Shown: piece after piece, positions 1-6,527 of the stretch
Layout of the letters: each line of letters begins with the position of its first letter
How positions within the stretch are numbered: the stretch's first letter is position 1
From: Anaerolineales bacterium
GTDB lineage: Bacteria; Chloroflexota; Anaerolineae; Anaerolineales; UBA6663
Length of the DNA stretch: 35,446 nucleotides
NCBI GenBank assembly: GCA_034435515.1
Contig: DAOTXG010000013.1
Coordinates: 1 to 35,446 of the forward strand
Direction: 5' to 3'
The notes under the pieces: model-generated
What the model was told of the DNA's origin: nothing
Databases searched by the model: none
What the model saw: the letters and a program-made list of their open reading frames with translations, nothing else
Program-made: the position numbers and the translations under genes

Positions 1-180
1 GAATCGAATCAACAGCACAGGGCAATCGCCGGAAGACGGTGATTATGGCTGGCTGTTGATCAACATGATTTTTGCTCCGGCTGAACCGATGGCGGGATTA
101 TAACGGGCAGAAGGCCAGACGTCAATCGTTGCGGCGCAGGGATAATTGACACTGATCAACGCGTCTCACGGTCGTCCTCG

Positions 181-612
181 TCAACCGGAAATGGTGTAGG
201 TATGCGGCGGGCGTAGAAGCGCGACGACATCGGCCTCGCGGTCGCACAATACGGCGAAATGGTCGAGAATGTCGCGCCCGAGGAGATGGGTATTCGCCTG
301 CGAGGGGTCAGTCAGCACCGCGCTAATGATGTTGAAGCGGATCCGGCGGCCAGCCGTGTCGGTAAAATTCAACGCCACTGCCGCATAAAAGTGCGGGACA
401 ACGCCGCCTGCGCTGAGAAGCGATAATTCGGCGGGCGTCTGCCGATGGGCCTGCAACAGCGGCGCAAAACCTGCGCCCAACACCGTCTGGGCTGCGCCGG
501 TATCCACCAGAAATTGAACAAGGTGGTCACTTCCGGCGACGGAAACTGCGGCGGGTACGACGGGACAATATACGCCGGTCTCGTCCGGCAGCCACAGGCC
601 GTCAATCCGCAT
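181..612 (-). CDS. clan AA (retropepsin-like) aspartic protease, DTGA type
   Basis: ORF 181..783 trimmed to the internal ATG at 612 (MRIDGLWLPDETG...). Contains the LVDTGAAQTVLG active-site motif and a later LLGRDILDHF segment, as in bacterial retropepsin-like proteases. The start overlaps the upstream ORF stop by 11 nt. Confidence 0.6.
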   Translation of the reverse strand: MRIDGLWLPDETGVYCPVVPAAVSVAGSDHLVQFLVDTGAAQTVLGAGFAPLLQAHRQTPAELSLLSAGGVVPHFYAAVALNFTDTAGRRIRFNIISAVLTDPSQANTHLLGRDILDHFAVLCDREADVVALLRPPHTYTISG

Positions 613-1030
613 ACGGCCTGAGGCAGAGAATGAACGGCGCATCGGCCGGGTGGGCAGCCTGCGCCCGGCGGAGCGCGTCGAGGTAGGAGTCGCCGCGAAA
701 GACCTCCCCCTGCGAAATGGCGACGTAGGCGCCCTGATGCGCCGCGAGCACGGCGGCATAATGGTCGCGCCACCAGCGTGCATTGCGCGTAAATGCGGTA
801 GTGAGAGCCGCTGTTGCTGTCGTGGGGGCTTCGGTTTCTACGACGACTTGCGGCGCGCGGAACGGCAAGCGCAACGGCAGGCGGGGCGGGCGGACGGGTT
901 GATCGCGGAGGTTAAACTCCACAAGTCCAGGCCGCACACCGGCCAATTGCTCCATCTGCTCAAGCGCGGCCGGCAAACGCTCCTCGGGCAGTTGGGAGGC
1001 CAGTTCGATGAGTCTTTCACGAAGAGTCAT
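602..1030 (-). CDS. small protein with DUF5678-like C-terminal domain
   Basis: 142-aa ORF. The C-terminal segment WWRDHYAAVLAAHQGAYVAISQGEVFRGDSYLDALRRAQAAHPADAPFIL resembles the DUF5678 pattern as recalled from memory. Overlaps the protease gene (ATGCGGATTGA). Confidence 0.5.
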   Translation of the reverse strand: MTLRERLIELASQLPEERLPAALEQMEQLAGVRPGLVEFNLRDQPVRPPRLPLRLPFRAPQVVVETEAPTTATAALTTAFTRNARWWRDHYAAVLAAHQGAYVAISQGEVFRGDSYLDALRRAQAAHPADAPFILCLRPYAD

Positions 1031-1124
1031 AATCGCCTTCTTTCTTTCGTGGCAACCATCATCGCGCTGGAAGTATACATCGAAAAGCCCAGGCCAAAAA
1101 CTGCGAGGCCAACCCCCTCCTTAC

Positions 1125-2822
1125 TCACCGGCTGATCAACGGCAAGTATAGGAAGTTGGTGTATACGACGAACCGCAGGATAACCAACCCTCCTGCCATA
1201 TCGGCGACGTAGACGTAATTCCCCGCTACCGCCACGTCCCAGACAGACCCTGATGTGTCGTAGTAGCTGACTTCCATTGGCGCCGCCGGGTTGGACACAT
1301 CAATGATCCGCAGGCCGAAGCCGTCATTGGCGACGTAGGCATAGTTTCCCGCCACCGCCACGCTATGAGCAGACCCCAGGGCGTAGAAGCCAGCCTCGGT
1401 TGGGGCCGCCGGGTTAGACACGTTAATGATCCGCAGGCCACTCGGCTCATCAGCGACGTAGGCATAGTTCCCAGCCACCGCCACACCCCAAGCCCACCCT
1501 GGCGTGTCATAGAAGCCAGCCTCGGTTGGGGCCGCCGGGGTGGACACGTTAATGATCCGCAGGCCGGAGTCCCCATCGGCGACGTAGGCATAGTTCCCAG
1601 CCACTGCCACGCCCTGGGCGCCCCTCGGCGTGTCGTAGAAGCCGGTCTCGGTCGGGGCCGCTGGGTTGGACACGGCGATGATCCGCAGGCTCCCATCGGC
1701 AATGTAGGCATAGTTCCCCGCCACCGCCATGCGCTCGGCAAACCCCGGCGTGTCGTAGAAGCCGGTCTCGGTCGGGACCGCCGGAGTGGATACGTCTATG
1801 ATTCGCATGCCGCTAAAACCATCAGCGACGTAGGCATAATTCCCCGCCACCGCCACGCCATAGGCTGCCCCCGGTGTATCATAGAAGCCGGCCTCACTCA
1901 GGGTTGCCGGGTTGGACACGTCAATGATCTGCAGGCTAGAATTCCCATCTGCGACATAGGCGTAATTTCCTGCCACTGCCACACCCTCGGCCTCGGCATC
2001 CCCCGCAGGCCCTGGCTTGTCATAAAAGCCGGCCTGGCTCGGGGCTACCGGATCGGATACATCAATGACCCGGAGGCCGCCGTAGTCATCAACGACATAG
2101 GCATAGTTCCCCGCCACTACTACGGCCCGGGCGACCCCTGGCGTGTCGTAGAAACCGACTTGGGTCGGAACCGCTGGGGTGGATACGTTGATGATCCGCA
2201 TGCCGCTCTCATCAGCGAGGTAAGCGTAATTTCCTGCCACCGCCACGTCCTGCCCCCCCACTGGCGTGTAGCCAACCTCGCTCGGGGCCGCCGGGTTGGA
2301 CACATCAATGATCCGCAGGCCGCCACTAGTGACGTAGGCATGGTTCCCCGCCACTGCCACGCCCTCGGCAAACCCCGGCGTGTCGTAGGAGCCAGCATTA
2401 GCCGGAGCCGCCGGGTCAGACACGTTAATAATCCGCAGGCCGGAGTCCCCAGCAGCGACGTAGGCGTAGGTCCCCGTCACTACCACGCCCTGCACAACGT
2501 CAGGTAGCACGCCTGTCTGGCCGACGACGACAGGATTGGCCGGATTGGAGATGTTCAGGGTGACCAGGCGTGGGCCAACGCCGACGTAGGCGTAGTCGCC
2601 CTGCACGGCCACAGCATTGGTAGCCCCGCCAATCTGGCCCACCAGTTCCAGGCTATAGATGGGGGCAGCAGGCATCACTCCTTGCAGTTGGTCATCACGA
2701 ACAGGCGGCAAGGCATGAGAAAAGGCCGATTGTGGCTGAGCCGAGGTGGCTGGCACTCCGCCCGGAACGAGCAGAGCCAGGACGACGACAAGACTGAGCA
2801 GGTTGGACTTGCGCGCAGACAT
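1125..2822 (-). CDS. secreted LVIVD-repeat beta-propeller protein (12 repeats)
   Basis: N-terminal signal-like segment (LLSLVVVLALLVPGGVPATSAQ). It is followed by 12 units of about 41-43 aa of the form GVAVAGNYAYVAD..GLRIIDVSNPAAPTE.GFYDTPG. Confidence 0.85.
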   Translation of the reverse strand: MSARKSNLLSLVVVLALLVPGGVPATSAQPQSAFSHALPPVRDDQLQGVMPAAPIYSLELVGQIGGATNAVAVQGDYAYVGVGPRLVTLNISNPANPVVVGQTGVLPDVVQGVVVTGTYAYVAAGDSGLRIINVSDPAAPANAGSYDTPGFAEGVAVAGNHAYVTSGGLRIIDVSNPAAPSEVGYTPVGGQDVAVAGNYAYLADESGMRIINVSTPAVPTQVGFYDTPGVARAVVVAGNYAYVVDDYGGLRVIDVSDPVAPSQAGFYDKPGPAGDAEAEGVAVAGNYAYVADGNSSLQIIDVSNPATLSEAGFYDTPGAAYGVAVAGNYAYVADGFSGMRIIDVSTPAVPTETGFYDTPGFAERMAVAGNYAYIADGSLRIIAVSNPAAPTETGFYDTPRGAQGVAVAGNYAYVADGDSGLRIINVSTPAAPTEAGFYDTPGWAWGVAVAGNYAYVADEPSGLRIINVSNPAAPTEAGFYALGSAHSVAVAGNYAYVANDGFGLRIIDVSNPAAPMEVSYYDTSGSVWDVAVAGNYVYVADMAGGLVILRFVVYTNFLYLPLISR

Positions 2823-2912
2823 GGTTTTACCCCTTTCTTGCGCAAAGGCAACTAAACGTGGAAGTACATGTACTCTACAACAGTTTCTCTAGCCAGACAA
2901 GTCCCCTTTCGT

Positions 2913-2992
2913 GCACTCAAAGGTTGTCAGGGGATTGGCGTGGGAGCGGCTTGTAGCCGCGACAGTCGCGGTTGCAAACCGCTCCCACACGG
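2913..2992. repeat. REP-like palindromic element (GTGGGAGCGG ... CCGCTCCCAC family), copy 1
   Basis: Inverted repeat GTGGGAGCGG (2940-2949) / CCGCTCCCAC (2980-2989). The left flank CTCAAAGGTTGTCAGGGGATTGGCGTGGGAGCGGCTTGTAGCCGCGAC closely matches the reverse complement of 19078-19128. The right half matches 24811-24833. Confidence 0.6.
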
Positions 2993-3071
2993 GTCGAAAC
3001 CGACGGCCATCGCGGGTGCTCGTTTCGCGCCGCTCCTACGCCACAAAAACTCCTTTGCTATCTGACACGGC

Positions 3072-3105
3072 ATACGAAATACGGAATACGCAATACGCTA
3101 TACGG
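3072..3105. repeat. heptamer short tandem repeat (ATACGNA)x5
   Basis: atacgaa atacgga atacgca atacgct atacgg. Overlaps the last codons and stop of the kinase-like gene. Confidence 0.75.
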
Positions 3106-3994
3106 TCCCCAGCCATCCCTCAAACTCCTTCCCATCCATCTTCGCTGTCGCCCGCCCCCAGCGCTCGACCGCCCAGCCCCAGAAGTCGAAGTCAATCGAC
3201 GAGATATTGGCCTGGATGGCCGCCCACAGCGTCCAGCCCACGTCGGACATGATCATGTTGAGCTTCATGCGAGCGAGTTTGTCAGGGTAAGGCGCGCCGA
3301 AATAGGCGGCGCACATCTCGACGAGGCCCGCCTCGTCAAACTGCTGTTCCTGGCAGGTGTTGCCAAGTTCAAAGGTCGGGTCGTTGTTCCCGCTGTACTC
3401 AAAGTCAATCAACCGCAATTGCTGGCCGTCGTCAATGTAATTCTCGGCCAGCAGGTCGTTGTTGCACGGGACGGTCGGTAGGGGGTTGCGCGCCATCGCC
3501 GCTTCGATGCGCGCGACCTGCGGCATGTAGCTCAAATAACCGTCTGGAATTTTGACCCGATGCTCGTCGCAAATCTTGAGGTAGAACTCGGTCAGCCGGA
3601 ACATGTCGAAGTCGTGCAGGAAGCGCGGCCCGGCGTGCAGTCGTTTGATGGATTGCGCCATGCGCGTGGGCATCCTCGGTTCCTTCAGTTTGGCGATGCT
3701 CATCGTCTCGCCGTGGATGAACTCCAGGACCATCACGTTGAACTCGGGCAGGTAGTGGACGACCTGCGCCCCCACCCCAGCCTCGGCGGCGGCTTTGGTG
3801 TTGTGGTATTCGTTCGCCCGGTCCACCGCCAGCAGTTCGGTGGATGCGCCGGGGATGCGGACGACGTAAGCCGTCCCGTCTACCTCAACTTTGTAGTTCG
3901 TGTTCGTCAGCCCGCCGGAGAGCGGCCTAGCGTCCACCGGCTTACCGCGCCAGTCAGGGAGGCACTCGACGACTTGCTCGATGGTGATGGTCAT
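3098..3994 (-). CDS. choline/ethanolamine kinase family phosphotransferase (APH fold)
   Basis: 298 aa. Motifs GGLTNTNYKV, PCNNDLLAENYI (catalytic loop) and IDFEYSGNNDPTFELG are typical of choline-kinase-like kinases. Confidence 0.8.
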   Translation of the reverse strand: MTITIEQVVECLPDWRGKPVDARPLSGGLTNTNYKVEVDGTAYVVRIPGASTELLAVDRANEYHNTKAAAEAGVGAQVVHYLPEFNVMVLEFIHGETMSIAKLKEPRMPTRMAQSIKRLHAGPRFLHDFDMFRLTEFYLKICDEHRVKIPDGYLSYMPQVARIEAAMARNPLPTVPCNNDLLAENYIDDGQQLRLIDFEYSGNNDPTFELGNTCQEQQFDEAGLVEMCAAYFGAPYPDKLARMKLNMIMSDVGWTLWAAIQANISSIDFDFWGWAVERWGRATAKMDGKEFEGWLGTV

Positions 3995-4012
3995 GGACGT
4001 TTCCCCACAATG

Positions 4013-4459
4013 TTAATCGGATTCTCGGTGCGCTGGTTCAGGCCCAAGCTTGGGGCCGAAGCGCAGCAGCAAAAAGACGAGGACGGCCGTGGCCAGCGAG
4101 AGCAGCACCATCCCTGTGCCCACGGCCAGGCCAATCGCCGCCGTCACCCACAGGCTGGCCGCCGTCGTCAGTCCCTGGACGCTGCCGTGCTCGCGCAAAA
4201 TCGCGCCGGCCCTCAGAAAACCAATGCCGGTGACAATCTGCGCGGCAACGCGAGCGGTATCGTTCGGGTTGCCGAAGCCATACAGCGACACGACCGTGAA
4301 CAGCGCCGCGCCCAGGCACACCATGCCGTGCGTCCGCACTCCGGCCGGCTTCTCCCGGCGGGCGCGTTCGTAGCCAATCGCCGAGCCGAGCGCCATGGCG
4401 TTCACCAGGCGCAGAAACATTTGTACGTCGGGGATCAAGAGAATCGGGTTGACGGTCAT
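4013..4459 (-). CDS. MgtC/SapB family membrane protein
   Basis: ORF 4013..4564 trimmed to the ATG at 4459 (MTVNPILLIPDVQMFLRLVNAMALGSAIGYER...GVRTHGMVCLGAALF...AAQIVTGIGFLRAGAIL). The ATG overlaps the nitrilase stop (ATGA). Confidence 0.8.
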   Translation of the reverse strand: MTVNPILLIPDVQMFLRLVNAMALGSAIGYERARREKPAGVRTHGMVCLGAALFTVVSLYGFGNPNDTARVAAQIVTGIGFLRAGAILREHGSVQGLTTAASLWVTAAIGLAVGTGMVLLSLATAVLVFLLLRFGPKLGPEPAHRESD

Positions 4460-5412
4460 GGCGCTCCCTCCGCCCTGGTTACGATCATCGGGCGCGGTTC
4501 CCGGTGAACGACCAGTTCGAACACGTCCGGGCGGGCGTAGTGTCCGGCCACGTCCAGCATCCACTTCGGGCCGCGCATCTGCCGGGGGTCAACCTCGGCG
4601 TACAGGGTTTCTTCCTTCATGCGCACCGGCCCGGCGACGAACTCACCCTGGGGATTGACGATCGCGCTGTCGCCGACATTGATCCATTCGCCGACGTGGG
4701 CGTAGAACTTCTGCTTGAACTCGTAATGGTCAGGGATGTCGTCCTTGCGCAACACGATACAACTGCCGAGAACAAACACGCGGCCTTCTTTCGCGATGTG
4801 CCGCAGCGTGGAAAGCCACGGTTCGCCTCGGTCCCACGTGGCAGCGACGTAAACCTGCACGCCCCACGCGTACATGCTGTAGCGGGCAAGCGGCATATAG
4901 TTCTCCCAGCATATCAGCCCGCCGATTTTTCCCAACGGCGTATCGTAAGCCTCAAGCGTGCTGCCATCGCCCTGCGCCCACACCAGCCGCTCGCCGCCGG
5001 TCGGCACGAGTTTGCGGTGCTTCCCCAGGATGTTGCCCTGCGCGTCAATGTAGAGCAGTGTGTTATACATGCTTCCGCCGCTCGCCTCGGCGTTGCGCTC
5101 GCTGACTCCTATGACCACGTAGGCATTCGCGCTTTTGGCGGCCTGGCACAACCGGGTGGTGGCCTCGCTCGGGATCGTGACTGCGTTGCCGAGTAACTCG
5201 GCATACAAGTCGTTGAGCAGGCCCTCCTCGCCTGGGGGAACGGCCCACACCCAATCGGGGTACGTGGGAATAAATGCTTCAGGAAACGCAATCAGCCGCG
5301 CGCCCTCGCGCCCGGCGGCGGCGATGAGATCGCAGGCCTTCTCCACCGTCACCTCGCGGTTCAGGAACACGGGCGCGGCCTGCACGGCGGCAATTTTGAA
5401 GGGGGTGTCCAT
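4456..5412 (-). CDS. nitrilase (carbon-nitrogen hydrolase superfamily)
   Basis: The track start at 5421 is GTG, placed directly against AAGGAG. The ATG at 5412 has AAGGAG 8 nt upstream. Motifs FPEAFIPTYP, HRKLVPT and the catalytic LICWENYMPLARY are present. Confidence 0.85.
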   Translation of the reverse strand: MDTPFKIAAVQAAPVFLNREVTVEKACDLIAAAGREGARLIAFPEAFIPTYPDWVWAVPPGEEGLLNDLYAELLGNAVTIPSEATTRLCQAAKSANAYVVIGVSERNAEASGGSMYNTLLYIDAQGNILGKHRKLVPTGGERLVWAQGDGSTLEAYDTPLGKIGGLICWENYMPLARYSMYAWGVQVYVAATWDRGEPWLSTLRHIAKEGRVFVLGSCIVLRKDDIPDHYEFKQKFYAHVGEWINVGDSAIVNPQGEFVAGPVRMKEETLYAEVDPRQMRGPKWMLDVAGHYARPDVFELVVHREPRPMIVTRAEGAP

Positions 5413-5498
5413 GCTTTTCACTCCTTACGGCTTGCATCCGGCCCGGCCTTTGGGTATCATTCACCGCAATTCCTTCTCAATTACTGGAGACCCACCTC

Positions 5499-6436
5499 AT
5501 GGACGCAACCGAAGCCCTGCTCAAAGAACTGACCGAAGCCCACGGCGTGCCGGGACACGAAGCCAAAATCCGCTCTGTGGCGCGCCGTCACCTGGAACCC
5601 CTCGGCGCGCTGGAGCAGGATAAGATCGGCAGCCTGATCTGCAAACAGCCCGGGACGAGCGAGACGCCGCGCGTGATGCTGGCCGGCCACCTGGACGAGA
5701 TCGGCTTTATGATCAAGCACATCACCAAAGAGGGCTTCCTCAAGTTCCTGCCGCTGGGCGGCTGGTTCGATCAGGTTCTCCTGGGCCAGCGCGTCGTGGT
5801 CAAGACCGGCAAAGGCGACGTGATCGGCGTGATCGGCGCGAAACCCCCGCACCTGCTCCCGCCCGACGAGCGCAACAAAGTCGTCGAGAAAAAGGCGATG
5901 TACATTGACATCGGCGCGACCTCTGGCGAAGAAGTCGAGGCCGCCGGGGTGCGCGTGGGCGACCCGGTCGTGCCGCTGGCCGACTTCCGCGTGCTGGCCA
6001 ATCCCAAGACTTATCTCTCCAAAGCCTTTGATAACCGGGTGGGCTGCGCGCTCGTCATCCAGACCTTGCAGGCGCTCCAGGCCGAAAGCCATCCCAACAC
6101 CGTCTACGGCGTGACGACGGTGATGGAAGAAGTCGGCGTGCGCGGCGCGACGACGCGCGCATGATCCCTAACCTGCGCCTGCGCGATCTGGTCATGGATA
6201 CCGCCAAAGAACTCGACGTCCCCCTGCAGACCTCGCTCATCGAGGGCGGCGCGACCGATGGCGCGGCCATCCACCTGCACAAGGGCGGCGTGCCCACCGT
6301 CGTCATCGGCGTGGCCGCGCGGCACATTCATTCGCACGGCGCCATCCTCCACCGCGACGACTACGACCACGCGCTCAAACTCGTCACCGGCCTCGTCCGC
6401 AGGCTGGACGCGGCAATGGTCGCCGGGCTGTGCTAG
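5499..6436 (+). pseudogene. M42 family metallopeptidase (FrvX/CelM/TET-like), disrupted by internal deletion plus frameshift
   Basis: The N-terminal 5499..6164 (ends ...TTVMEEVGVRGATTRA*) and C-terminal 6161..6436 (MIPNLRLRDLVMDTAKELDVPLQ...GGATDGAAIH...ARHIHSHG) parts lie in different frames. About 50 aa of the expected family core between them is absent, judged from recalled family length. Confidence 0.6.
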
Positions 6437-6442
6437 GCAATC

Positions 6443-6527
6443 ACGTATTGCGTATTGCGTATTGCGTATCCCCATCGGCTACGCGCAGCGGCCATCGGCC
6501 ACGCGCAGCGGCTATCGGTCATCAGCC
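6443..6527. repeat. tandem repeats: (CGTATTG)x4 followed by a 20-bp unit x2.7
   Basis: acgtattgcgtattgcgtattgcgtatc (6443-6470), then catcggctacgcgcagcggc / catcggccacgcgcagcggc / tatcggtcatcagcc (6473-6527). Confidence 0.75.

Noticed and set aside
1365-2507. Long alternative-frame and antisense ORFs. Examples are 1365..2507 +, 3560..4507 +, 9378..10793 +, 13224..14402 -, 15138..16256 -, 19706..21064 +, 23296..24141 + and 29231..30790 +.
   Set aside because: They are typical shadow ORFs of G+C-rich DNA. Their translations are Arg/Pro/Gly/Ala-rich and low in complexity. They lie opposite or out of frame to ORFs with clear family motifs, and none has an SD-start context.
1125-2822. Regular repeats of about 125 bp that could be mistaken for a CRISPR-like or satellite array.
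   Set aside because: The units are in frame within one long ORF and encode the LVIVD repeat consensus. There are no unique spacers and no cas genes.
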